The translations under genes and the position numbers were made by a program. Shown here piece by piece: positions 9,938 through 19,525 of a stretch of DNA of 64,000 bases (position 1 is the stretch's first letter; each line of letters opens with the position of its first letter). The notes below the pieces were generated by a model. It made no database searches, was not told the origin of the DNA, and worked only from the letters and a program-made list of their open reading frames with translations. Source of the stretch: a virus (Duplodnaviria > Caudoviricetes); IMG/VR virus record IMGVR_UViG_3300022602_000025. The stretch is one strand, 5' to 3'.

Positions 9938-12432
9938 TGACAGCATTAACCTGGCGTTTTGCTCCAGGGTTTTTAGGAACCCTCACAGAAAGACAATTCT
10001 CATCGGTATCTGTTGAGGCACAGCCAGCTGGAAACATTACCTACTCTTTATTGAGTGGTAGTCTTCCTCCAGGGATGAATCTTAACTCATCAACTGGTAT
10101 TATTAATGGAACTCCTCTATCAGTTCCGGATGATGTTGATTCAACATTTGTTATTCGTGCTGTTAACACATCATCTGGAATAATAGACGGAACATTTAGT
10201 ATTGAAGTACAAGGACCAACACAGCCAATCTGGGCGACTTCATCTGGTTCACTTCCCGCAGGATTAAATGGCGAGTATTATACGTTTAATAAAGAATTCG
10301 TTGACTATACCGTTAGAGCGCAGACAGATGTATTAACAAACGGAAACACATTAAAGTATTTCATTGGTGATAATGATGGTAGTTTGCCTCCTGGTTTAAC
10401 ATTAACACAGTCGGGTCGCATCTATGGATTCGTAAATGACCTCCTAACATTAGATTACGGCGCAAGTAATACAGGCGGGTATGACAGCGAAAACTATGAC
10501 GGCTATCCATACGATCATGCGATCTACAATAGCCAAGGTGTTCTTCAGCAGGTTAAACCAACGTCCATTGATAAAATTTATCAATTTTATATTACAGTCA
10601 CAGATGGTATTGCGACCAGCAAGAGATTATTCAGTATCAAAGTTATTGACCCTAATAGTTTGCGTGTTGATAATACGTTTATCAAATCTGACGAAACAGA
10701 TTTTGACACCAGCGTAGGCTATCTATTAAGTCCACTATGGCAAGATAATCTTGGAAATAAATTAGCGGGTGTTTCAAATTTAGGATCTATAAGAGCAGGT
10801 AAAGAACAAGTGTTTTCTTTATATGAGTACGATCCTTATCCTTTAACTGGTCCAGTTACTTACAGTTGGGACATAGCAGTTAACCCAGAAATATCGTTAG
10901 TAACAGATAATAGAATTAATAATGCAGGTATTGATGCAGAAAACATTCCTGGAAAGACAGCAATATATTTTAAAAATGCAACTGTATTTCCTATAGCAGG
11001 AATGAAAGTTAGATTTAGTGATTACATCGGAACTGCAGGAACTACGGTATATACTATCACTGGAGTAGTTAAACTAGGGTCTACTCAAGGTTACCTAAAC
11101 ATTGATCAACCGTTAGCTGATCATTTGCCTGACTCAACTGTATTTTATGTTGGAACTCCAAGTGTCCATCCGCCAGGCTTGACTCTTGATGGAAGTACAG
11201 GAAAATTATACGGAAGAATACAATACCAACCTGCGTTTAGTAAGACATATAGATTTACGATCAAGACAATAAAGACAGACATCAACACAGGCGGTGTTGC
11301 AACTAACAGTCAAATCTTTAGCATGACTGTTCTTGGGGATATACAAAGTAGCATACAATTCATAACCACAGGTAGCCTTGGTACTTTAATACCTGGAGAA
11401 ATTAGCGAGTTAGCTGCTGTGGCGACTAATACCAATAGTACGTTTCCTTTAGAGTATTCTTTAGTAAGCGGACAGTTACCAGATGGATTAACTTTAAATA
11501 GCGATGGATCTATCCAAGGACAAATCGCATTTGATAGTCAGACACATATTGATCTATTACCTGGCGATGGCACTCCTTATGGCTATGGTGCGTTTACCTT
11601 AGACGGTGGTACAACTACTATTGACGAGAATTGGTATTTTACTGTACAAGCTAATGACGTTTATAAATTAGATGCTGTAACTCAACAGGTATATATCAAA
11701 GTCCTAGAAGACAATTTAAATCTATATACAAGAATATATATTAAACCGTTCTTAAGTATTGACAAGAGAACTGCTTACAAAAATTTCACTACAGACAAAA
11801 CAGTTTTTGATCCAGCATTACTATACAGACCTAATGATCCAAACTTTGGAGTTCAGAGTTCAATCAAATTAGTAATTGAATCAGGAATCCAGCAAGCTAC
11901 CGTAGATCAATATTTTGGTGCCCTACAAAACTTCCTAAGTAAAAAACGTTTTTACTTTGGTGATGTAGGATATATCACAGCAACTGATATCTATGGAAAA
12001 TCTTATTACGATATTGTGTATGTGAGTATTGTCGACTCTCAAATGTCTGGATCAGTAAGTGTAAGTCCTACAACATATTCCTACAACGGGCAATCATATA
12101 CTACCTATCCAGAATCAATTGGATATCTACAGACACAATTAGAATCTATTGATGTTGTTAGTGGCACAACAATCTTAGTAGATGATAGATTACAGCCAAA
12201 ATATCAAACAACATTAGATCAATCCACGGGTGTTCCTATTGGATTTATTAAAGCGGTGCCGCTGTGCTATACCTTACCTGGACAGTCAGCTAAGATCGTA
12301 TCACGAATTAATAACCTAATTACTACAGGACAGTTTAGTTTCCAACAGTTTGATTTTGATACTGATAGAATTGTAGTAGAAACTTTAGGGACTGGAACAA
12401 ATTGGGTAAATTTTCCACTAATAAATACATAA
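9937..12432 (+). CDS. baseplate/structural protein with putative Ig-like repeats
   Basis: Repeated YSL.SG.LP.GL.L...G.I.G units, within the late structural operon. Confidence 0.7.
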   Translation: MTALTWRFAPGFLGTLTERQFSSVSVEAQPAGNITYSLLSGSLPPGMNLNSSTGIINGTPLSVPDDVDSTFVIRAVNTSSGIIDGTFSIEVQGPTQPIWATSSGSLPAGLNGEYYTFNKEFVDYTVRAQTDVLTNGNTLKYFIGDNDGSLPPGLTLTQSGRIYGFVNDLLTLDYGASNTGGYDSENYDGYPYDHAIYNSQGVLQQVKPTSIDKIYQFYITVTDGIATSKRLFSIKVIDPNSLRVDNTFIKSDETDFDTSVGYLLSPLWQDNLGNKLAGVSNLGSIRAGKEQVFSLYEYDPYPLTGPVTYSWDIAVNPEISLVTDNRINNAGIDAENIPGKTAIYFKNATVFPIAGMKVRFSDYIGTAGTTVYTITGVVKLGSTQGYLNIDQPLADHLPDSTVFYVGTPSVHPPGLTLDGSTGKLYGRIQYQPAFSKTYRFTIKTIKTDINTGGVATNSQIFSMTVLGDIQSSIQFITTGSLGTLIPGEISELAAVATNTNSTFPLEYSLVSGQLPDGLTLNSDGSIQGQIAFDSQTHIDLLPGDGTPYGYGAFTLDGGTTTIDENWYFTVQANDVYKLDAVTQQVYIKVLEDNLNLYTRIYIKPFLSIDKRTAYKNFTTDKTVFDPALLYRPNDPNFGVQSSIKLVIESGIQQATVDQYFGALQNFLSKKRFYFGDVGYITATDIYGKSYYDIVYVSIVDSQMSGSVSVSPTTYSYNGQSYTTYPESIGYLQTQLESIDVVSGTTILVDDRLQPKYQTTLDQSTGVPIGFIKAVPLCYTLPGQSAKIVSRINNLITTGQFSFQQFDFDTDRIVVETLGTGTNWVNFPLINT

Positions 12433-12451
12433 TCAAAGGGCAACTGTAAAA

Positions 12452-13594
12452 ATGACAACACTAAGAAATCAGATTGTAAATTTAACGTCAAATATCGACG
12501 CTAACTTTCCTGTACAAGGACAGGACAATCCCAGCGCAGGTTTTAGAAATAACTTTGGTGCAATCCAAACAGTTTTTTATGAAGTTTCTAATGCGTTTAA
12601 TGACATTTACAATAACCCTTTACAAGCACCCTTAGCAACTACATCTAGTACGGGCGTAGTAATTATATCAACTGGATTACATGTTAGCACCACTACAGGT
12701 GCTGTTAGTGTTGTTTCTGCAACTACATCATCAATTGGCGGAGTGATTGTAGGATCTGGAATCAATGTAGACAATTCCGGAACTATTTCAGTTACACCGT
12801 ATAGCTTGGTAACAGCAACTAATTCTGTATTAGGTTGTGTGATCGTAGGATCCGGCATTGATGTTAACAATGGAATTATCAGTGTAACTCCATATACACT
12901 TAATACAGCAACTGCGCTGGCTCTAGGCGGAGTTAAAATTGGATCAAATATCAATGTTGCAGGTGATGGAACTATTAGTGTTACATTCCCGCAAGCATAT
13001 ACCTTAGCCACAGCAACCAATTCTGTATTGGGCGGAGTTAAGATCGGTGCAAACGTAACCATCGCAGGTGATGGAACTATTAGTGTTGCTACCCCATACT
13101 CATTGCCTGCCGCAACTAACGCTACATTAGGTGGTGTCATTGCAGGATCAAATGTAAACATCGCAGGTGATGGTACTATCAGTGTTGCAGCTCCTTACTC
13201 TTTAACAACCGCAACAGCAAGCTCGTTAGGTGGAATTAAACTTGGTTCTAACTTAACTGCAACTGCAGACGGAACAGTAAGTTCTAATTGGAATGGTGGC
13301 ACTATTGCTAACCCAACATCAATTACTAATACTACACAAAGCACAAGTACAAATACAGGTGCGTTGACTGTAACAGGCGGACTTGGAGTAGGTGGCAATG
13401 CCCACGTAGGCGGTACTATGACATTAGGTGCTCCACTGGTATTACCAATTTATTCAACATCAACATTAAAAACAATAGTTTCAACAGCTACAGCGGCAAT
13501 AGTTTATGTTACTGATGCTCCTTTTGGTGCTCAACCCTGTTACTATAATGGTAACACTTGGTATACTCTAAACGCTCAGGTGCGTGTAGTTTAA
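12452..13594 (+). CDS. tail fibre-like protein with ~33-aa tandem repeats
   Basis: Repeats of AT...LGGVKIG.N..IAGDGTISV. TAAATA at 12422-12427. N-terminus is paralogous to the next ORF. Confidence 0.7.
   Translation: MTTLRNQIVNLTSNIDANFPVQGQDNPSAGFRNNFGAIQTVFYEVSNAFNDIYNNPLQAPLATTSSTGVVIISTGLHVSTTTGAVSVVSATTSSIGGVIVGSGINVDNSGTISVTPYSLVTATNSVLGCVIVGSGIDVNNGIISVTPYTLNTATALALGGVKIGSNINVAGDGTISVTFPQAYTLATATNSVLGGVKIGANVTIAGDGTISVATPYSLPAATNATLGGVIAGSNVNIAGDGTISVAAPYSLTTATASSLGGIKLGSNLTATADGTVSSNWNGGTIANPTSITNTTQSTSTNTGALTVTGGLGVGGNAHVGGTMTLGAPLVLPIYSTSTLKTIVSTATAAIVYVTDAPFGAQPCYYNGNTWYTLNAQVRVV
12700..13290 (+). repeat. coding tandem repeats (~96-105 bp period)
   Basis: gcaggtgatggaactattagtgtt occurs identically at 12959 and 13064, with a variant at 13163. 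About six protein repeats in total. Confidence 0.8.
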
Positions 13595-13628
13595 CTATTA
13601 AATATAAACCTATAACGGATAAGAACAG

Positions 13629-15104
13629 ATGGCATCAAATATAAACCCAAACTCAATAGACGCAACATTTCCTGTCCCAGGGCAGGATAACGACACACAA
13701 GGATTTAGAGATAACTTCAGTGCTATCGTTACCGCCTTAACTACAGCAAATTTTGAAATCAGCCAGCTACAGATGAATGGTGCTAGTCTAGTTCAAAATA
13801 ACGATTTTAACACTAACGAAATCCGTAATGCTATTTTACATGATGTAGGTTGGCTAGTTGCAGACTATACAGGCCAAGCTGTTACAGGGTTTAACACAAT
13901 TAATTACCAAGCTGGTAACTATCAAAAGTTCTTAGTAGATCCAACAACTACAACTAACTTTACTGTTATCAATTGGCCAGCAAATAACATTAATGGCGCA
14001 CTACAAGTACAGGTACAATCTACTAATACACAAGGTATGGTTTACTTCCAAGCTGTAACAACAGGAACTACACTATATGTTGACAGCAGAATTAAAAATC
14101 CATACACAGTAAATTCACAAACAGCCGTTATATTTGAGATTTCTAGTCCCGACCAAGGCAAAACACAATTCCTAACAGCATATTCTGTTGGTACATCAAC
14201 AACTACAGGTGCTATCACATTTAGTGATATTACGGTTACTGACACAGCTAACAGCACATCAACTACTACAGGTGCGTTGATAGTCAATGGCGGTGTTGGT
14301 GTTGCTGCTGATGTTGTCGTTGGCGGCACTATTACGGCCAACAGCGGAAGTTATACTACATTTAATGTTGGCGGCTACGGTGTATCTACATCAACTGTGG
14401 TTAATACTGTTCTTAACAGTTCAACTTATATCGTAGGTGACGGTAGCTGGAATCAAAATATCACTTTCCCAGTTGATTATGGCTTAGGATCATACCAACG
14501 TTATACAGTAAACAATACTCAAACAAGCGTTGGGTTCTACTTTACTAACTGGCCACAAGACGGCGGTGTACATAAAGGTACTCTTGAAATCCAATACACT
14601 AAGAGAACACGAGTAGCGTTCCAACAAACAGGTATCTATATCAGTACTTGTACAACTAACGGTATGAGTGTTGATGTTTATTTGGGTTCAGGTACAGCAT
14701 TAAATCAATTTAAGATTGGTAGCGGTTGGTATGCTTGGACTGATACAACTCCGTCAAGCAGTTTAGGTCTATGGGATCCAACTAATCCTGCTACCTACAC
14801 AACTTTAACTACAGTTCAATCAGTTATTGGTTCACAGATTATTACAGTAAATCCTCCAATTAACTTGTCAACAGCAACAACCTTATACTTTGCACCAGGA
14901 CCAGGAGCGGCAGGTAGAGTTGGTTATGTGTCTAACGGAGCAACACTTGTAGTTAATAGACAGTATCCAAGTAACTACGCTGTAGGCAATACTGGAACTA
15001 CTATCGTATTAGAAGTTACAACTCCAGACGGTGGCAATACCATATTCGTAGATAGAGTAGATGCTTACGATGCTGGCTTTGCAGATATTAACTCAGCTAA
15101 CTAA
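13629..15104 (+). CDS. virion structural / tail protein
   Basis: N-terminus IDATFPVPGQDNDTQGFRDNF is paralogous to ORF 12452. Thr-rich. TAAATA at 13599-13604. Confidence 0.65.
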   Translation: MASNINPNSIDATFPVPGQDNDTQGFRDNFSAIVTALTTANFEISQLQMNGASLVQNNDFNTNEIRNAILHDVGWLVADYTGQAVTGFNTINYQAGNYQKFLVDPTTTTNFTVINWPANNINGALQVQVQSTNTQGMVYFQAVTTGTTLYVDSRIKNPYTVNSQTAVIFEISSPDQGKTQFLTAYSVGTSTTTGAITFSDITVTDTANSTSTTTGALIVNGGVGVAADVVVGGTITANSGSYTTFNVGGYGVSTSTVVNTVLNSSTYIVGDGSWNQNITFPVDYGLGSYQRYTVNNTQTSVGFYFTNWPQDGGVHKGTLEIQYTKRTRVAFQQTGIYISTCTTNGMSVDVYLGSGTALNQFKIGSGWYAWTDTTPSSSLGLWDPTNPATYTTLTTVQSVIGSQIITVNPPINLSTATTLYFAPGPGAAGRVGYVSNGATLVVNRQYPSNYAVGNTGTTIVLEVTTPDGGNTIFVDRVDAYDAGFADINSAN

Positions 15105-15346
15105 TGTTTAATCCATTACTAGACGACCTTACTCAATTAAAAGATCAGGACTTGGAAGCCAAGATGACTGATCTTAATAAAAAGTATACCATAGCACTTA
15201 GAACTGGTAACGGTTCTTTGGCTATGCAGGTCGCTATGATAATTGAAGCCGTGCGTGACGAAACACTAAGACGCCAATCAGAAGCTACCAAAAAAATGTT
15301 AGCAAAACAAAACAAAGACCTAGATGGTTTAATCAATATTGGTTGA
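15104..15346 (+). CDS. hypothetical helical protein
   Basis: ORF coupled to the upstream stop (taATG). Confidence 0.6.
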   Translation: MFNPLLDDLTQLKDQDLEAKMTDLNKKYTIALRTGNGSLAMQVAMIIEAVRDETLRRQSEATKKMLAKQNKDLDGLINIG

Positions 15347-15371
15347 CCTGCAACTGCAGATGTGTTATAAT
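15343..15371 (+). promoter_or_regulatory. sigma70-type early promoter
   Basis: TTGACC-17nt-TATAAT. Confidence 0.75.
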
Positions 15372-15377
15372 TAGCAC

Positions 15378-15899
15378 ATGAAAGTCACAGATTTTAGAGA
15401 AGTAATTTTAGATGAACAGGATATATTCCAAGGACTATATTCTGGCAAAATTACCAAACTAGATCAAGTCAACATTGACAATCAAACGCTTATTGAGCGA
15501 TTCAATACAGCTCGTAATCAAAACGCAGATCCATTTCCTGTATTACACAAATTTGAACAAACCGTTGATAGCATTAAAGATTTTGATGCTAAAAATCAAG
15601 ATCAATGGTTTATGCCAGAAGAATACAGATTATATGACATCGTAGACTGGTTATATTGCGAATGCCGTACTGAAGAAGAAAAGACCAGGGTAACTGAAGA
15701 ATTAAAGCTGTTCGCCCAACATAACATGATCACCCTCTTAAAATACCTTAAATACTTAGTCGACACTATGCGTACTAACAAGATTGTTTGGGGTGTAGGA
15801 CGTGGATCAAGCGTAGCAAGTTATTGTTTATTCTTAATAGGTGTCCATAAAGTTGACAGTATCAAGTATGATTTAGACATACATGAGTTTTTAAAATAG
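15378..15899 (+). CDS. DNA polymerase III alpha (DnaE)-like fragment lacking catalytic aspartates
   Basis: WGVGRGSSVASYCLFLIGVHKVDSIKYDLDIHEFLK matches DnaE [34 protein letters not shown]. The ORF stops before the PDxDxD motif. Confidence 0.8.
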   Translation: MKVTDFREVILDEQDIFQGLYSGKITKLDQVNIDNQTLIERFNTARNQNADPFPVLHKFEQTVDSIKDFDAKNQDQWFMPEEYRLYDIVDWLYCECRTEEEKTRVTEELKLFAQHNMITLLKYLKYLVDTMRTNKIVWGVGRGSSVASYCLFLIGVHKVDSIKYDLDIHEFLK

Positions 15900-15909
15900 G
15901 AGAGTCATT

Positions 15910-16110
15910 ATGACCCGTAAAGTATATAAGAGTATGCAGGGAAAAACTGTAGACATGGAATCATTAGCAGCTCGTAACGAAACAATGCCAGCCGTTGGAA
16001 ATGTTCGTATGAATGCTCGTGGTGATCAATTAGGCCCAGGCGGTCAAGTTGTTAAGAAACGTGAAGATATCGTTAACGATCACTACAAAAATCAATCACC
16101 AAAACAATAA
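15910..16110 (+). CDS. hypothetical protein
   Basis: GGAG RBS, clean ORF between the dnaE fragment and groES. Confidence 0.65.
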   Translation: MTRKVYKSMQGKTVDMESLAARNETMPAVGNVRMNARGDQLGPGGQVVKKREDIVNDHYKNQSPKQ

Positions 16111-16122
16111 TAAGGAGGCCCA

Positions 16123-16503
16123 ATGGCTGTTAAAGGAAACTTTATTCCATTAAAAGACAATGTACTTTTACACAATATGAACTTTGATGAAGAAGTTCTC
16201 GAATCAGGTATTATACTTCAAAGTGATAATGGTAAAGGTGAAGGTGTTCATCCTAGATGGGCGCAGGTTTGGGCTATTGGTCCAGAACAGACAGAAGTAA
16301 AAGTGGGCGAGTGGGTCCTTATGGAACACGGACGTTGGAGCCGTGCAATCAAGTATGAGTATGATGATGGTACAGAAATTGATATACATCTAGCAGATAA
16401 TAACGCTATAATGTTGTCATCAGATGAAAAGCCTTCTAATACAGGGTACCGTGCTGTTGCGGCAGGCGTTGGTGGTAATTTTAATTTTAACATTCCGGGA
16501 TAA
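16123..16503 (+). CDS. groES: GroES / gp31-like co-chaperonin
   Basis: FIPLKDNVLL, SGIIL, AIGP and VKVGEWVL pattern. AGGAGG RBS. Confidence 0.85.
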   Translation: MAVKGNFIPLKDNVLLHNMNFDEEVLESGIILQSDNGKGEGVHPRWAQVWAIGPEQTEVKVGEWVLMEHGRWSRAIKYEYDDGTEIDIHLADNNAIMLSSDEKPSNTGYRAVAAGVGGNFNFNIPG

Positions 16504-16537
16504 TTATGACGAATCCATTTCGGTGATAAATAGTTGT

Positions 16538-17140
16538 ATGATATACTTGTACATTAAAACTCACCGGAAAACAGGATTAAAATATTTAGGAAAAACTTCT
16601 TCTACAGATCCGCATTTATACCCTGGATCAGGAACAAGATGGCGGGCACATTTAGACAAGTACGGATACGACTTTGATACTGAAATATTGTTAGAAAGTA
16701 ATGATCCTGTTAAGATAAAAGAAGCAGGGTTGCATTATAGTAACATGTGGAATGTTGTAGAAGATATAACATGGGCAAATCTTAAACCAGAATCCGGAGA
16801 CGGAGGAACGTTTACTCACACTGAAGAAGCTAAGGAAAAGATAGGCAACGCATCAAGAGGAAGGCCGAGTCCGTATAAAGGTATGACATACGAAGAGATT
16901 CAGAAAGATCCAATAAAAGCGTTAGAAAGAAAACAGCAACATCAGCAGTGGATGGAAGAAAATAACCCGTATCGAGGAAAAACTCACTCTGATGAGAGCA
17001 GAGAAAAAATGAAAAGTTCTGCATCGAAAAGAGCATTACTAACAGAAGAAGAACGAAAACAAAGCTGGGGTCATCTGAAAGGAAAGCCCTGGTCAGAAGC
17101 AAGAAAATTAGCACAACAAAATAGAAAGAAGACAAAATGA
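16538..17140 (+). mobile_element. free-standing GIY-YIG (Seg-like) homing endonuclease
   Basis: IYLYIKTHRKTGLKYLGKT...YPGSG motif and NUMOD3-like HTEEAKEKIG / HSDESREKMK repeats. True start is 16538, just after TAAATA at 16527-16532. Confidence 0.88.
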
Positions 17141-17505
17141 ATCTATTTAGAGACCAAGAAAAATTTATGAAGGCTTGCGACCAAACGGTCGACGAGTTTA
17201 ACCAATCACAGTATAATCTATATATAGGGTTGATCGCAGAAGAGACCGCAGAATTAAACGGTGCTATAGCACAAGGTGATCGTGTTGAACAGTTAGACGC
17301 ACTAATAGATATCCTAGTTGTTACCATTGGTGCGATCCATTCAGCGGGTGCTGACGGTGAAGGAGCCTGGAAAGAAGTTATGCGTACCAACTTCGCTAAG
17401 ATTGATAAAGAAACAGGCAAGGTACGTAAACGTGAAGATGGAAAAGTGTTGAAGCCGCTAGGTTGGGAGCCACCTAACTTAAAAACATTTGTCCAAAAGG
17501 AGTAA
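17137..17505 (+). CDS. MazG-like nucleotide pyrophosphohydrolase
   Basis: LIAEETAEL...LDALIDILVV and EVMRTNFAK...REDGKVLKP. Confidence 0.8.
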   Translation: MNLFRDQEKFMKACDQTVDEFNQSQYNLYIGLIAEETAELNGAIAQGDRVEQLDALIDILVVTIGAIHSAGADGEGAWKEVMRTNFAKIDKETGKVRKREDGKVLKPLGWEPPNLKTFVQKE

Positions 17506-17507
17506 GT

Positions 17508-17825
17508 ATGAAAAAGCTATTGGCAATTTTTACATTATGTGCAGGGTTAGGTACATGTGCAACATCATATGCTGAACCGTGGCACCATGGTGGTGGGCAT
17601 TATGTTTACCGTCCAGGATTTGGTTGGGTAGTACCAGCTGTGGTTGGCGGGGTTATTGGATACGAGATCGCTCGTCCATATCAGCCAAACGTTGTTGTAG
17701 TTCAACCACAACCAGTATATCCTCCTCCAGCCGCTCCAGTATATCCTCAACCAGCAGGATATCATTGGGAAGCTATCCTAGATGCTAACTGTAATTGTTA
17801 TAAAACAGTTTTAGTTCCAAATTAA
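17508..17825 (+). CDS. exported Pro/Val-rich small protein
   Basis: Signal-peptide-like N-terminus and PQPVYPPPAAPVYP repeats. Confidence 0.65.
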   Translation: MKKLLAIFTLCAGLGTCATSYAEPWHHGGGHYVYRPGFGWVVPAVVGGVIGYEIARPYQPNVVVVQPQPVYPPPAAPVYPQPAGYHWEAILDANCNCYKTVLVPN

Positions 17826-17840
17826 TAAATCCAATAGGGC

Positions 17841-17870
17841 TTGACACGGCCCTGTTCTTCCCTGTATAAT
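17841..17870 (+). promoter_or_regulatory. sigma70-type early promoter
   Basis: TTGACA-18nt-TATAAT. Confidence 0.7.
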
Positions 17871-17876
17871 AAACAC

Positions 17877-18365
17877 ATGATATTCAACCGCGTAAAAGAA
17901 TTAAAAGAACAAGGACTAAGGATTGGTATAACCTTTAGTCAATTTGATATGCTCCATGCAGGACATATCGCTATGTTAAGCGAAGCAAAGAATCATTGCG
18001 ATTACTTAATTGCTGGATTACAAAACAATGCACAATGGGATCGTCCAGAAAAGAACGAACCTATCCAAAGTATTGTAGAAAGACAAATCCAATTGGCCGC
18101 TACTCGTTATGTAGACGAAATCGTAGTTTACAACACAGAACGAGACCTAGTTGACCTATTGCTTATTCTTCCAGTAGATGTTAGAATACTAGGTGTAGAA
18201 TACGAACATAAAGATTTCACAGGACGTAATGAGTGCATGGCCCGTGGTATTGAAATTATATACAACGGACGTGATCATTCATTTAGTTCTAGTAGTTTAC
18301 GTAAACGTGTAGTACAAGCAGAATCAAATAAAATTTTAAAGGGCGAACATGAAAGATCTAACTAG
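17877..18365 (+). CDS. TagD-like (glycerol-3-phosphate) cytidylyltransferase
   Basis: FDMLHAGH HxGH motif and RDHSFSSSSLRKR. ATG start at 17877. Confidence 0.85.
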   Translation: MIFNRVKELKEQGLRIGITFSQFDMLHAGHIAMLSEAKNHCDYLIAGLQNNAQWDRPEKNEPIQSIVERQIQLAATRYVDEIVVYNTERDLVDLLLILPVDVRILGVEYEHKDFTGRNECMARGIEIIYNGRDHSFSSSSLRKRVVQAESNKILKGEHERSN

Positions 18366-18540
18366 GATTCCTGATCCAAAAAAACATCAATATATTAGTT
18401 TTATCAAAAGCGGATTTAGAATCCTTGCAGGAATCGCATTAGCCGTTGCTGGATTAGACGGTGGCAATTATCTTATAGAAGTTACAGGATTACTTTTAGT
18501 GTTCGCTGAAGTGTTAGGAATAGCTGAGGAATTAGTATGA
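18349..18540 (+). CDS. small membrane protein
   Basis: Two hydrophobic segments; overlaps both neighbours. Confidence 0.6.
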   Translation: MKDLTRIPDPKKHQYISFIKSGFRILAGIALAVAGLDGGNYLIEVTGLLLVFAEVLGIAEELV

Positions 18541-19454
18541 AAGAACTATGGGTAGAAAAGTATCGTCCAAACCACATCACTGATTATGTGTTTAGAGACG
18601 GGCATCAACGTAAGCAAGTTGAAAATTGGATCAAAGAAGGTTCAATTCCGCACTTGCTGTTTAGTGGTGCGGCAGGTATTGGTAAGACTACCCTTGCTAA
18701 AGTTCTGTTCAACGAATTGTGTCTAGAAGAATACGACATCTTAGAAATCAATGCGTCACGTGAAAATAACGTTGACACAGTCCGCGATAAGATTATCAAC
18801 TTTGTACAGATGATGCCTTTTGGCCCATTTAAGGCGGTACTACTTGACGAGGCTGATTACTTGACTCCAAACGCACAGGCTATCTTGCGTGGTGTTATGG
18901 AAACTTATTCAAGCACTAGTAGATTTATTTTAACCTGTAACTATCCTAATCGTATCATTCCAGCACTACACAGTCGCTGTCAAGGATTCCACGTTGAGAA
19001 AACTGATCAAACAGAATTTACAGCTCGTGTTGCTACTATCCTAGTAACTGAAGAAGTTGACTTTGATCTAGATACTCTAGACACTTATGTAAAAGTCACT
19101 TATCCAGATATGCGTAAGTGTATTAATATGGTACAGCAAAATGTAGTAGATGGCAAGTTAGCAGGTGTTGATTCTAGCGACACAGGTCAAGCAGACTACA
19201 AAGTTGAAATGGTACAACTGTTTAAAGCTGGCAAGATTAAAGAAGCACGTAAACTTGTATGTGCATCAGCTCGCCCAGAAGAGATGGAAGATATCTATCG
19301 TTGGATGTATGACAACTTAGATTTGTTTGGAAAAGACGAAGAAACTAAAGATAGTGCGTTGTTGATTATTAAACAAGGCCTAGTTGATCATACCTTGATT
19401 GCAGATGCTGAAATTAACTTAGCCGCAACATTAACTAAACTAGCAAGACTCTAA
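18537..19454 (+). CDS. clamp loader AAA+ subunit (gp44 / RFC-like)
   Basis: LWVEKYRP, GAAGIGKT, LDEADYL and SRC motifs. Confidence 0.95.
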   Translation: MKELWVEKYRPNHITDYVFRDGHQRKQVENWIKEGSIPHLLFSGAAGIGKTTLAKVLFNELCLEEYDILEINASRENNVDTVRDKIINFVQMMPFGPFKAVLLDEADYLTPNAQAILRGVMETYSSTSRFILTCNYPNRIIPALHSRCQGFHVEKTDQTEFTARVATILVTEEVDFDLDTLDTYVKVTYPDMRKCINMVQQNVVDGKLAGVDSSDTGQADYKVEMVQLFKAGKIKEARKLVCASARPEEMEDIYRWMYDNLDLFGKDEETKDSALLIIKQGLVDHTLIADAEINLAATLTKLARL

Positions 19455-19458
19455 AAAG

Positions 19459-19503
19459 AAAACCACATAGTCTAACGTGCAGGTCGGGTTACTATGTGGT
19501 TTT
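19459..19503. terminator. putative bidirectional terminator
   Basis: 13-bp inverted repeat aaaaccacatagt/actatgtggtttt between convergent genes. Confidence 0.65.
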
Positions 19504-19525
19504 TGCTGAATAAAATTAGTGGTTC

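Noticed and set aside
12607-13161. Minus-strand ORFs over tail, ClpA, polymerase and other genes (e.g. 12607-13161, 16830-17420, 27924-28358)
   Set aside because: These are antisense shadows of biased codon usage, with no RBS, promoter or recognisable motifs.
12700-13290. CRISPR-like spaced direct repeats
   Set aside because: The repeats are in frame within a protein repeat, degenerate at wobble positions, and the intervening sequences are homologous; no cas genes.
16424-16537. N-terminal extension of the GIY-YIG ORF given in the ORF track
   Set aside because: It overlaps groES and lies upstream of the late promoter; the family motif begins at Met 16538.
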